A stretch of 64,000 bases of DNA from the NCBI RefSeq assembly GCF_000143415.4, contig NW_003314269.1, positions 210,401 to 274,400 on the forward strand. Direction: 5' to 3'. Both the position numbers and the translations under genes were made by a program. The notes under the pieces are model-generated. The model worked only from the letters and a program-made list of their open reading frames with translations, searched no databases and was not told the DNA's origin. Shown here piece after piece: positions 35,339 to 47,941 of the stretch. The number at the start of each line of letters is the position of its first letter. The stretch's first letter is position 1. This DNA comes from Selaginella moellendorffii. Its lineage: Eukaryota; Plantae; Lycopodiophyta.

Positions 35339-37961
35339 ATGTTTTGGCACTCTCGCCACCCACATTTTACTGCTGCTCGTCGCGATCATCGCGATCAATC
35401 TCTACCTGAGCTCGCTCCCGGCTTGGTTCTTCGTGATCCAAGTTCGCACTCGCTCCATCGCCGCCGTCCTCCACAACCTCAGGCTCCACCGATTCGCCAC
35501 CGCCAAGTTCGTTGAGGAGAGATTCCGCGAGTTTGGGCTCTCGACGCGCACGGTCGACTACGAGGTACTCGTCTCGTATCCCTTGAAGCGATCGTTGTCC
35601 GTGGTCTACCCAAGCAACTCGTCACTCAGCTTGGGTCTTGACGAAGAGACCGTGGATGGCGATGGGGATTCCTCTGGAGTCATTCCAACTTTCTTCGCTT
35701 ACTCGCCGTCTGGGGAAGCTCTTGCGGAGGTGGTGTACGCAAACTACGGCCAAAAATCCGATTTTGACGAGCTCAAGAGCCTGGGAGTGGAGGTGAGAGG
35801 GAGCGTGGTGATCGCCAGGCTTGGCAAGAGCTTTCGAGGGGATATCGTGTTTAACGCGCAGGAGGAAGGCGCGGTGGCCGTGGTTTTGTATCCGGATCCT
35901 CGAGACTACGCCACGAACGCTACCACTGAAGGCTACTATCCATTCTCGCGATGGTTGCCTCCAAGTGGAGTCCAGAGAGGCTCCGTGATCCAGGACCCCG
36001 GGGATCCTCTCACGCCGGGGTGGCCGAGTAGCAAGCTTTCCGAGAGACTGAACGCTTCCAACTTGACAAGGCTGGGAGTTCCAGCGATCCCCGCGCTGCC
36101 AATCTCCGCCCGCGACGCTCTTCCAATCATCGAGGCGCTGGGAGGCCCTGTTGCTCCTGATTCCTGGCAAGGAGGACTTGCAGTGGACGCGTATCGAGCT
36201 GGGAAAGAACCTGTGAAACTTGATTTTCGCTACGAGGTAACTTTTGCAAAAAAAATATTAAAGCTTTTGAGCACTACGTACTTCCTGACAGGCTAACCTG
36301 ACCACTGCGACAATTCGTAACGTTTTTGGAATCATAGAAGGCTCTGAGAAAGATAGGTGAGTTTTCGAGCTTCAAATTAGTCTTGTTTTCTCTCGTATTT
36401 TTTCTAAAGCTTTGACACATAGATATGTGCTTCTTGGGAATCACCGAGACGCTTGGACGTATGGAGCCGGCGATCCAAACAGCGGAACTGCCTGCCTTTT
36501 GGAGGTAAAGCTTTCATGTTATTCCTCAAAGAAACTTTTCATGTTTTTGCGAGTTTTCAGATAGCTCGCATCTTTGGACAGTTTCTGAGAAGACCAGCGA
36601 GAACAATCGTATTTTGCAGCTGGGATGCCGAAGAGTACAGCCTGGTAATCCTTTGTATCTCTATTATCTTCGTGTTTACTCATAAAAATTTCCTCTCTTA
36701 ATAGACTGGTTCTACAGAGTGGGTCGAGGACAATTTGGCCATGCTTAAGGCTCGAGCGGTGGCTTATTTAAACGTGGATGAAGCAGTAACAGGCAGTTCT
36801 TTCTCAGCGTCTGCTACGCCTCAGCTTGACAACCTTTTATTCGACGTCACCAAAATGGTACGCAAATCTTACCATTTCTTTTGCAGCTCATGGCATTTTG
36901 GTTCTCTCAAGGTGAAAGATCCAGACTCAAATGGAACCATATTTGACTCGTGGTGTGGAAAATCAAACGATTGTGTAAGAGACAAAGAATTTATCATTAT
37001 CATCTCCTCTGCTCCGTATTAATGGTTTGATCGACTCAGGTCGGGAGGCTGGGCGGTGGTGGCTCCGACTACGCTCCATTCTTGCAGCACGCAGGAATTC
37101 CCTCCACCAGCATGACGTACGAAGAGAAAAACTCAGATTTTCCCGTGTATCATTCACTCTATGACAATTATAACTGGATGAAAAACTTTGGAGACCCTGA
37201 GTTCCATCGCCATGCAACAGGTGAAACTTTGCTTTTGATTCTCTTTTTTAAGATTTCGAGGCTTTGGTGCTAGTGGTGAAAGTCTGGGGACTGCTTGCGA
37301 GGCGCTTGGTCATGGACACGATCTTGCCTTTCAACTATGTCTCGTATGCAAATGTCCTGGAGGTACTAGCGATTATACCATTGCTTTTCATGAGTTGGAT
37401 TGTTTCTTAAAGGTCGCTGTAAAGGATTTGGAGGCCAGGTTCCTGCTTATTTCGGGTCATCCAGTAAGCTTTTCTCTTTTTTCTTCTTTCGCTTGGTCTC
37501 ATCGGTTTTTCCAGGTTAATATACTTAGCCTCAGCAAGTCGCGCGACGTAAATTTCTTCCCACTTCATTTTGCGGTGGATCAACTTCGTGAACTTGCGTC
37601 CAAGATCCCTTCTTTCACTGCGCCCAGAAGTAAAAATGATATTTTGATGCTTGGAGAGCGCTGTTTTCTAGATGGCGAAGGCCTTCCAGGGAAGCCATGG
37701 TTCAAACACTTGGTGAGTGCATTTTATCTGATTGTAAGAGTTTTGATGTTGAGAATTGTGTAGATCTATGGCCCAACTCAAACAAATGTCTATGGTACCT
37801 CGACATTCCCTGCTATTGCGGACGTTATATCGAAGATGGCTGTGGGTGAGGACAAAGAAGAGCTTAAAGCTTTAAAACAAGACTTGCAACATGAAATATG
37901 GAGAGCTTCGAGAGCTGTCCAGTGTGCCGCGAATGTCTTAAAAGGTGATATATTTTCCTAA
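35339..37961 (+). pseudogene. AMP1/LAMP1-like peptidase copy 3, disabled at the 5' end
   Basis: An extra T just after the ATG (atgttttggc) shifts the frame, and the conserved PHVAGTPQG segment is deleted. Confidence 0.85.
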
Positions 37962-38398
37962 ATGGTGCTTTGAGAATCATGGCCATTGAACCGTGCGGTG
38001 TTGCTCTCGGTATTTATCCTATCCTTTCCATCGCCAGCTGACAGCGTCACGCCATTGCATTGAATATAGTCAACGGTATGGTCAAAGTAGTCAAGGATCA
38101 GTCTGTGCTGGTGTAAGGGTGAGAAAGGACAGAGTTTAGGGTTTAGAGCGTGGAGCTCACTAACGAGCTTTTTGAAGTCAGCAAAATGGATGAGGAAGTT
38201 GCTAAGGTGTGGCAAATGGAAGTGGCTGGGCCCTTCAGAGTGGCAAACAAGATCTGGCGGAACATTGGCGAGAGGAAGAGGAGCAGCTGTGGAAGAGAAG
38301 AAAGAGGAGCTTCTTTTCGTCACGTCTAATGCTGTGTCATCTCTTCCATTTTGAGCTGTCGTGGTTAAGGATTTTGCCTCTTGCGCTCACTAGGGAGA

Positions 38399-38720
38399 GG
38401 ATGGATTTTTTTTTTTTTATTGTTTCGTGCTGTTGGTTCTTACCGTGCTTGGATGTTCGGACAATAGTATAGCGCCTATAGCTGCTTTGGCCAAAGAGCA
38501 AGCAAAGGTAAGACAGATCCAAACAGCTGTGTGGCGATGCTTATCCTTGTTTCAATGCAGGAGAAGGTCAGCTGAGACCAATAAAGTCAGCGGTAAGATC
38601 TCACTTTCTTCTGATTTCTAGCCCAACGCAGCTTAAGGCTCGCCAGCCCAGTGTCCGATGGAGGCTCTACGTTTTCAGAGACGGAGCGGAGCGTCTTTGG
38701 ACGGTAACGCTTTTCTGTAA
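38399..38720 (+). pseudogene. Diverged internal DAWDLE fragment (relic copy c)
   Basis: Near-identical to 21807-22140. Confidence 0.75.
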
Positions 38721-38832
38721 ATAATCTTAGTGATCACACTGATATACATTCGATGTGATGGTCTGATCGAGCAGCGGATGAGCATTTCGAAATGTTTCAG
38801 CTTGAGCACATGAATGAACCACTAGATTCGGT

Positions 38833-41800
38833 TCAGGGACCTGGGTTTACTGTTATGACCGTCTGACCATCCGTTTTAGTCTGACCATCCGTCTGACCAT
38901 CCGTTTCAGTCTGACCATCCGTCTGATCATCCGGAACCAGGGAATCCAAACCATCTTCCCAAGGTCGCTGAGCACGCGCATACCTTTTCCGTCTCTGAGG
39001 TGAACCCTGAGAACTTAGAAGCTCTTCAAGCGTTTCACTGCCGAAACTCATGCCCCCAACCTCCGAATGATCTTGCAATTTAAAGCACCGTTTCAGAGCA
39101 TCAAGAAGCTTCGAGATGGTATTTTTCTGACCATCGCTCCCCTGACCTGCTTTGCTGGGCTGCGAGTCGAAGAACCTGAGCTTCCGGGAATTCAGGTTGT
39201 AAACTGCGTAGATGAACGTGCAGAGAGGAGCTAAGCAGACCAAACCCCCGGGGACAGAAGTGGCGATCATGCTGGTCGGGTACTTTCCCGAAGATGGCAA
39301 TTCTGAGAATCCTGCGGCTCCAAATGCCACGAGGACGAAGATGATGGAGATGACGAGCATGACTGCTGCGGCAATGAGTGTGTGTCGGAGACGGCGAAGG
39401 AGTCTCAGGTTGAATTTGTCGGGAGAAGGCAGGACCCCGGTGACTCCTGCCAGAGCACTGGCCATGGCGAAAAAGAAGGACAAACTGTTGGCAACCCAGA
39501 ACACAACCACACCTGGTCTGTCGACTGACACATACTCCCTGTCCTTGAACTTAAGTTTGTACCCCAGTGGCGGATTCAATAAGCCTCCGAACGTGACACT
39601 GGCAATGAGAGCTGATCCAACCAGTATCGCGTTTAAGGCATCCACGAACATCTGCCGGTCCTTGTGCAAGCTCTCAGTGTAGCTGCCCCACTTGAGGCAG
39701 TTCAGCATGACAGCATCCTCCTCACCCATCCATTGTGCGTCCCAGTAAGGTGGCTTGCCGAAGCTATCGCAGATGTCTGGTTTGCAGCCTTTGCGAGACA
39801 AGGTAATCATTGTCTCGCGCTCCTTGAAGATGGCAGCCCAGTGCAAAGCAGTCCGACCTGTCCGGTGGCCTGTGTCGTTGGGATAATCTTTGATGAACTT
39901 TTCCGACAACTGTTTCAAACGTTGAGCCAGCTGTTTCCTCCTACGTCCTTCTTCGTCGTTATATTTCTTTTTCGAGTTTTTCTCTTGCGAGATGGCCTTC
40001 AAGTCCTTGCTTCTGTCTTCTTCAAGTTTTGCCTCCCAATAAGCCACAGGAACATCTTTCGCCAGTTCACTCACGTCGTCGAAGGCATCCTTGTACTTGC
40101 TTGGCAATTTTCGATATTTGTCTTCAAAGATAATGTCCAGTTCCTTCCACACAGCTTCCTTGATCATATCGGGTAATTCCTGGGTGAAGCACTTTGCCAT
40201 GCAGGTTGCGAAGATCTCCCTTCCCCGCAGCTCATCCTGTTCTCCATGCGAGAAAGCAATCTTAAAAGCTAACCTGAGTTGATCATTGATTCCTTTCACG
40301 TTGGTGTACTTCTTCATCACGAACTCCATCACAGGCTTTACTCTGTTGAACAGGCCTTTGCCACCGAATTCTGTGCATCTGGTAGTGGCACTCAAAGCAG
40401 CCCATTCCAGTAGCCGTGATTCCTCCACAAGCTCATGAACAGAGTCCCCTGGCCCTGGCCCAGTTTCTCTTGTACCCAACTTCTTCGCTAAGAGCTCATT
40501 CGTTATACTGTCTCCATATGCAACAGCAGACGACAATATACCAGGCTCCAACACTCCATCGTTATGCAGGAACCGCCACGGCACCCAATCAATTATGTGG
40601 GCTTGACCATGATCTTCAATACGCTGGAATGCCCGGTGCCAGTCCTTGTGACTTCGTGGAAACACCCGTATCTTTCTTTTCACATGTTCACGTATGAGTA
40701 TGCCAAGACAGTCTCTGTTGCCACCCATAGCCGCCCAATGCCATGGCAGTCCTTTCTCAACCTTGTCCTCCGCATCTAGCTTGATGTCATTAATTTTCAG
40801 CAACCACTCGAGTGCAACACTGTTCCCATTCCAAGCAGCAAAGTGCAACGGAGTCAGACCTGCTTTAGTAGCTCGGTTCACTTCCAGGCCCTTCGGATCC
40901 AGCAACTCGAAGATATCTTTACCCCCTCCTCTAGCAGCAAAGTGCAATACTCCAGCTCCTGTCTCATCTTCTAAGCGAAAATCAGCACCTTTGTCGCGTA
41001 ATTTGCGAGCAATGTCAGCTCTCTTTTGTCCAACGGCAAAATGCAAAGGAGTGTGCCCAAGCTTATTCTTTTTGTTAATGTCCACACCTGCTTCCAGTAA
41101 TGCTTTGACGATTGCGACTTCCCCTTGGCCAGGGCTCTCCCCTGCTACGATTTCAACATAATTCGAAGCAGCGAAATGAAGAGCAGTGTTGCCGAGTTCG
41201 TCTTGCTTCCGTACGTCAATCTTACTTTTTCCATGGACGTTCAGCATCGCTTTCACCAGACTTACATTTCCAAATTCGCTTGCAAGGTGTAGTGCGGTTT
41301 TGTCAGCATAAACATTGTGGATGTTCCAACCATATTTTAGAGCTTCCAGTTTGTCACTAAAATCTCCACCTTCTTGGATCCGCAGCTCCTCCAAGGCATC
41401 TGCCCAAAAATTTCAGATGTTAGAAGGACTTACTCTCTACGACTTACTCGTGACATCTTCCACTGAGCAAGCCTTTTGGAATCGTGGCTTCAAGGCTGTG
41501 TGCAGTAGCAGTTGAAAAACCGACTCATTCCCTTGTAACGCCAGGTGCAACGAAGACGCTCCCTCCTTGTCTTTTCGGCACGGATCAGCACCTTTGGCAA
41601 TCAACAGAACAATCATGTCCTGCTGCTCTTGTAGATGTTGTTCCACACGGGAAAGCTCCTTATGCTGCTGTTGTAGATGTTGTTCCACACGGGAAAGCTC
41701 CTCGTGCTGCTGTTGTAGATGTCGGGAAAGCTCCTTATGCTGCTCTTGTAGCTCCTGCTGCTTTATGCGTAACTTCTTTAACTTCGACTCCTTTAACTCC

Positions 41801-42608
41801 AACTCCTTTATCATCTGCAGGACTGCAAGGTGCAGAGGAGTCTGGCCCTTCTCCAAGTCAGGGGTGTCCACCTGGGCTTCGCGGGAGAGCAACTCCTTCA
41901 GAACTTGAAGCTTGCCACGTATTTTGACTGCAATGTGTAACGGCGCGTCCCCCTTGATATTCTTTTGGCATGGATCCGCACCTTCCCGTAAGAGCGCTTG
42001 TATCACTTTCACGTTCTGTCGTTTCACAGCAGTGTGCAAGGGAGTATTGCCATCTTTATCAACGACATTAACTTGCTTTGCATCCCTCAGCTGGTTTAGC
42101 AGTTTTGAAACAATGGCAGGGTTTTCATTAGTGGCAGCTTCATGCAGAGCCGTGGTACCATTATTGGATGGATCTGCTTCTAAGATGTCTTTTACCTTAG
42201 TCGGAGACCATTTGAGCAGCCAGGATATTGCAGAAGTGTTCTCAGCCTCAATGGCGAGATACAGTGCAGTTGTGAAGATACCTTTCTGCCTATCATAGAC
42301 AGTATGACCATCCCAGTCTTTGTTATTGATCAGGTCCATCAATCTGTCTTCAGGGCTGCTATCCATGAGAATCGGTAGAAATTGATCTGAAGGAGCAAAG
42401 GTAATGTGTACACATAGTCCTGAAAGCATCACTTACGTGCTTCAACATGCGTGGAGGGCAGTATCTTTGGGGCTCGTTTCGTCGCAACGCTATTCGACAA
42501 GGAGGCGGCGGCGGGAGTGCCACCACCACCACCACCATCGCCGCCGCCAGACTGAGCGCTACCACCACCACCAGCACTACCATCACGCCCGTTCTCTTCT
42601 GGCACCAT
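38833..42608 (-). CDS. Ankyrin/coiled-coil/PGG-type TM protein copy 3, intact, 3 exons
   Basis: Gly-rich exon 1 (MVPEENGRDG...THVEA, GTAAGT donor), open exons 2 and 3, longest coiled-coil insert. Confidence 0.88.
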
Positions 42609-42958
42609 CAGCCTACGCTCCAACAAAAACGATGCAATTGATCAGGCACGATTTCTTGTGGCAGACAAGACCTGTAAAAGGGGTTGTTTAGATTCCACAT
42701 AGGACACTGAAACAGTGCGATACATTATCAGGCACCACGCAAGTTGCATGATCTTCTCGAATTTTTACGTACTATAATAATTCTAGTGGAGTGGAGTATT
42801 GATCACGACGCGAGTGCACATAACGGAAGGAATCGATCTCTCTCCTTTCCCAAATTTCAACAGCAGAGACTTTTAGTTTAGCATCAAGAAGGGTTTAACA
42901 AGTAAATCTACTATATCTACGAATATGCTCAAAGATTTGTTATTTTACGGCAAGATAG

Positions 42959-43223
42959 CCGAGTCCGAGAGTACAGCGGTCGCGGCGAAGCGAAGGGGAC
43001 GCCCATCGCCGAGGTGGGAGCATGGGCGCAGCCGGAACAGCAATGGCGAGCGTGACGGGCGTGGAAGAGCAAGGGATTCGGACAGGGATGAGGCTGCTGT
43101 GAGACGTAGGAGCGAGGACGATGGCAGGGATGGAGCTAAGCGTGGGGGGAGAGAGAGGTCTAGTGACAGGGAAGAGCGAGAGAAATGGGAAATGAGTCAA
43201 GGATGAAGCAAAGGAGCGCAGGA
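42959..43223 (+). pseudogene. DAWDLE exon-1 fragment (ATG lost)
   Basis: Matches 52358-52633, then jumps to tRNA-upstream sequence. Confidence 0.85.
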
Positions 43224-43263
43224 GTGTTGTTTCATTCAGGTTAATTTTACTTTAATGTAATAA

Positions 43264-43335
43264 GAATCAGTAGTCCAACGGTTAGGATAATTGCCTTCCA
43301 AGCAATAGACCCGGGTTCGACTCCCGGCTGATGCA
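43264..43335 (+). tRNA. tRNA-Gly(TCC) variant with an A2-G71 acceptor-stem mismatch
   Basis: Same as 12640-12711 except GAATCAG...CTGATGCA; TTTTT terminator retained. Confidence 0.75.
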
Positions 43336-43381
43336 TTTTTAATGCCTAAAGTCTTTTTGCCACGTGTCGGCTCTAGGGTTT

Positions 43382-44765
43382 ATGGAGAGGATGCGCTCCT
43401 TTTCCCTCATATGGTGATCGGCGATGTGCACTGCCGCCACTGGAGCAAAGCCTGTTGCGTACGAGGAAGAATGCCGGGAATGTGGAGGCCCGATGGAGTG
43501 GAAATTATCGCAGGGTTCTGTCTGGTGTGAGGCAGACGAATCTAGCGACTGAGCAGCAACGCCAGGATGAGAATCCGGACCACGATTAGCAGCTGTCTAT
43601 GGATTTCCGGATCAAGAAGAGGAATCTCGTCAAGGAGCTCGTCAAGCAACAAATTCGAGAGGAGATTCGCAAGAGAAGGGAGGAGGACAAGAACCGTGCT
43701 CCCAAGACCGAGAAGGAGTTTCTCGAAGTAAAGATCCGAAGGGTACGTCTTAGAAGTTCTTCTTTTCCAAGGAGCACTCTTCTTAACTGCTTTTGTTTAT
43801 GTATTTTCTTTCTCTCGTTTCTTCCAGTCTTTGTACACGATCGATCTCAACAGGACGGAGATCCGGCGAAAGCATTCGTCCCATCTCACCGAAGGAAAGC
43901 GTTGCTTGCGAGAAACGGAGCCTCTGAGTGAAGGAGAGGCAGCGCACTACGCAAGGATTGGAAACAAAAACCAGAACTTTGCGTCCGTCGGTAAGCGTGG
44001 GATCTACGGAGGTGTGATTCACAACATCCACACCAACTGGAAGTTCCATGAGACGGTGAGGATCAAGTGCCCCCGCCACAACAGCATGGAGGAGACGCGG
44101 AGAATCAGTGCCGAGGTAGCGAGATTGAGTGGAGGCATCGTGCTCGATGTCCTTGAGGACAGGACGGTGATTATGTTTCGTGGTAAGAACTACCAGACAC
44201 CAGAGGAGCTCTATCCTCCAACTTTGGAAGCTGTCGACAGGAGAAATGTAAATTTGCTGCTCTTTTCTTTTCCCTCTTGTTCTTCTTTGACGAGTTTGCT
44301 GTTTTGTTTTTCCAGGCCGATTCCAGGCACCACATCCAACGGGCTTTGGATTCACAAGTTTACAGGCTGGGGCAATACATTTCTAGGTACCACTTTCTCA
44401 AAGAAGACAGAGAGCCCGCTCAAGCCACGCAGCCGATGATAGTCTTACCAGGGGCTGGCAACGAAGACAGAGAAGAAGGTTTAGATCAAGGTGGTTGTCA
44501 AGTAGAAGGGGAGAATGGTGACAAAGATCAGGCTAGAGCAGCAGCAGCGGATGTTATAGCTACACAGGCGAGCCGCGAGCGAGTGGAAAAAAAGATGGCG
44601 TCCAGATTTGCGAGAGAACTTGGCCGCCACAAGACCGAGATTGGGAAGGAGAGGAGACGCGCGAGAAAGAACTTGTTTGATTACAAGATTCGCAGGTGTG
44701 GAGGGGTAAAAGCGTACCTCCGTGGCCTGGGAGTACCATATCCATTCCCAAGACTCCACTCTTAA
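43382..44765 (+). pseudogene. CRM-domain gene copy 4 with a nonsense codon in exon 2
   Basis: CAG>TAG at 43587-43589. The downstream Met at 43599 could give only a product lacking the transit peptide. Confidence 0.8.
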
Positions 44766-44868
44766 ACAAATCCAGGGAGATAAGCTTATGATATGACTTG
44801 GATCCCACTATCAGGTAGGGTTCTTGCGAGAGAAGAGAAGATTTTTAAGTACGAGCTCGAAGAAAGAG

Positions 44869-47515
44869 ATGTTTGGCACTCTCGCCACCCACATTTTACT
44901 GCTGCTCGTCGCGATCATCGCGATCAATCTCTACCTAAGCTCGCTTCCGGCTTGGTTCTTCGTGACCCAAGTTAGCACTCGCTCCATCGCCGCCTTCCTC
45001 CACAATCTCACGCTCCACCCCCACGTCGCAGGGACGCCGCAGGGGTTTGCTACTGCCAAGTTCGTCGAGGAGAGATTCCGCGAGTTTGGGCTCTCGACGC
45101 GCACGGTCGACTACGAGGTACTCGTCTCGTATCCATTGAAGCGATCGTTGTCCGTGGTCTACCCAAGCAACTCGTCACTCAGCTTGGCTCTAGACGAAGA
45201 GACCGTGGATGGCGATGGCGATTCCTCTGGAGTCATTCCAACTTTCTTCGCTTACTCGCCGTCTGGGGAAGCTCTTGCCGAGGTGGTGTACGCAAACTAC
45301 GGCCAAAAATCCGATTTTGACGAGCTCAAGAGCCTGGGAGTGGAGGTGAGAGGGAGCGTGGTGATCGCCAGGCTTGGCAAGAGCTTTCGAGGGGATATCG
45401 TGTTTAACGCGCAGGAGGAAGGCGCGGTGGCCGTGGTTTTGTATCCGGATCCTCGAGACTACGCCACGAACGCTACCACTGAAGGCTACTATCCATTCTC
45501 GCGATGGTTGCCTCCAAGTGGAGTCCAGAGAGGCTCCGTGATCCAGGACCCCGGGGATCCTCTCACGCCGGGGTGGCCGAGTAGCAAGCTTTCCGAGAGA
45601 CTGGACGCTTCCAACTTGACAAGGCTGGGAGTTCCAGCGATCCCGGCGCTGCCAATCTCCGCTCGCGACGCTCTTCCAATCATCGAGGCGCTGGGAGGCC
45701 CTGTTGCTCCTGATTCCTGGCAAGGAGGACTTGCGGTGGACGCGTATCGAGCTGGGAAAGGACCTGTGAAACTTGATCTTCGCTACGAGGTAACTTCTGC
45801 AAAAAAAATATTAAAGCTTTTGAGCACTACGTACTTCCTGGCAGGCTAACCTGACCACTGCGACAATTCGTAACGTTTTTGGAATCATAGAAGGCTCTGA
45901 GAAAGATAGGTGAGTTTTCGAGCTTCAAATTAGTCTTGTTTTCTCTCGTATTTTTTCTAAAGCTTTGACACATAGATATGTGCTTCTTTGGAATCACCGA
46001 GACGCTTGGACGTATGGAGCCGGCGATCCAAACAGCGGAACTGCCTGCCTTTTGGAGGTAAAGCTTTCATGTTATTCCTCAAAGAAACTTTTCATGTTTT
46101 TGCGAGTTTTTAGATAGCTCGCATCTTTGGACAGTTTCTGAGAAAACCAGCGAGAACAATCGTATTTTGCAGCTGGGATGCCGAAGAGTACAGCCTGGTA
46201 ATCCTTTGTATCTCTATTACCTTCGTGTTTACTCATAAAAATTTCCTCTCTTAATAGACTGGTTCTACAGAGTGGGTCGAGGACAATTTGGCCATGCTTA
46301 AGGCTCGAGCGGTGGCTTATTTAAACGTGGATGAAGCAGTAACAGGCAGTTCTTTCTCAGCGTCTGCTACGCCTCAGCTTGACAACCTTTTATTCGAAGT
46401 CACCAAAATGGTATGCAAATCTTACCATTTCTTTTTGCAGCTCATGGCATTTTGGTTCTCTCAAGGTGAAAGATCCAGACTCAAATGGAACCATATTTGA
46501 CTCGTGGTGTGGAAAATCAAACGATTGTGTAAGAGACAAAAAATTTATCATTATCATCTCCTCCGCTCCGTATTAATGGTTTGATGGACTCAGGTCGGGA
46601 GGCTGGGCGGTGGTAGCTCCGACTACGCTCCATTCTTGCAGCACGCAGGAATTCCCTCCACCAGCATGACGTACGAAGAAAAAAACTCAGATTTTCCCGT
46701 GTATCATTCACTCTATGACAATTACAACTGGATGAAAAACTTTGGAGACCCTGAGTTTCATCGCCATGCAACAGGTGAAACTTTGCTTTTGATTCCTTTT
46801 TATAAGATTTCGAGGCTTTGGTACTAGTGGTGAAAGTCTGGGGACTGCTTGCGAGGCGCTTGGCCATGGACACGATCTTGCCTTTCAACTATGTCTCGTA
46901 TGCAAACGTGTTCGAGGTACTAGCGATTATACCATTGCTTTTCATGAGTTGGATTGTTTCTTAAAGGTCGCTGTAAAGGATTTGGAGGCCAGGTTCCTGC
47001 TTATTTCGGGTCATCCAGTAAGCTTTTCTCTTTTTTCTTCTTTCGCTTGGTCTCATCGGTTTTTCCAGGTTAATATACTTAGCCTCAGCAAGTCACACGA
47101 CGTAAATTTCTTCCCACTTCATTCTGCGGTGGATCAACTTCGTGAACTTGCGTCCAAGATCCCTTCTTTCACTGCGCCCAGAAGTAAAAATGATATTTTG
47201 ATGCTTGGAGAGCGCTGTTTTCTAGATGGCGAAGGCCTTCCAGGGAAGCCATGGTTCAAACACTTGGTGAGTGCATTTTATCTGATTGTAAGAGTTTTGA
47301 TGTTGTGAATTGTGTAGATCTATGGCCCAACTCAAACAAATGTCTATGGTACCTCGACATTCCCTGCTATTGCGGACGTTATATCGAAGATGGCTGTGGG
47401 TGAGGACAAAGAAGAGCTTAAAGCTTTAAAACAAGACTTGCAACATGAAATATGGAGAGCTTCGAGAGCTATCCAGTGTGCCGCGAATGTCATAAAAGGT
47501 GATATATTTTCCTAA
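44869..47515 (+). CDS. AMP1/LAMP1-like glutamate carboxypeptidase II, copy 4, full-length ORF
   Basis: No stop or frameshift seen; N-terminal signal anchor; Zn ligands intact, but GNHRDAW reads WNHRDAW. Confidence 0.85.
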
Positions 47516-47941
47516 ATGGTCCTGAGAGAATCATGGCAGTTGAACCGTGCGTTGCTCTCGGTATTTATCCTATCCTTTCCACATTGCATTGAATATAGTC
47601 AACGGCATGGTCAAAATAGTCAATGATCAGACTGTGCTGGTGTAAGGGTGATTAAGGACAAAGTTTAAGGGTTTAGAGCAGTGGAGCTCACTAACGAGCG
47701 TCTTCAAGTCTAGCGGGTTTCAGCTAGCAAAATGGATAAGGAAGTTGCTAAGGTGTGGGCTCAAATGGAAGTGGCTCGGCCCTTCAGACTGGCAAACAAG
47801 ATCTGGCGGAACATTGGCGAGAGGAAGAGGAGCTGCTGTGGAAGAGAAGAAAGATCTTTTCGTCACGTCTAATGGTGTGTCATCTCTTCCATTTTGAGCT
47901 GTTGTGGTTAAGGATTTTGCCTCGTGCGCTCACTAGGGAGA

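Noticed and set aside
14257-47515. Repeats as purely mis-stacked haplotypes
   Set aside because: Four to five copies with private lesions and unique junctions exceed two alleles, although local misassembly cannot be excluded.
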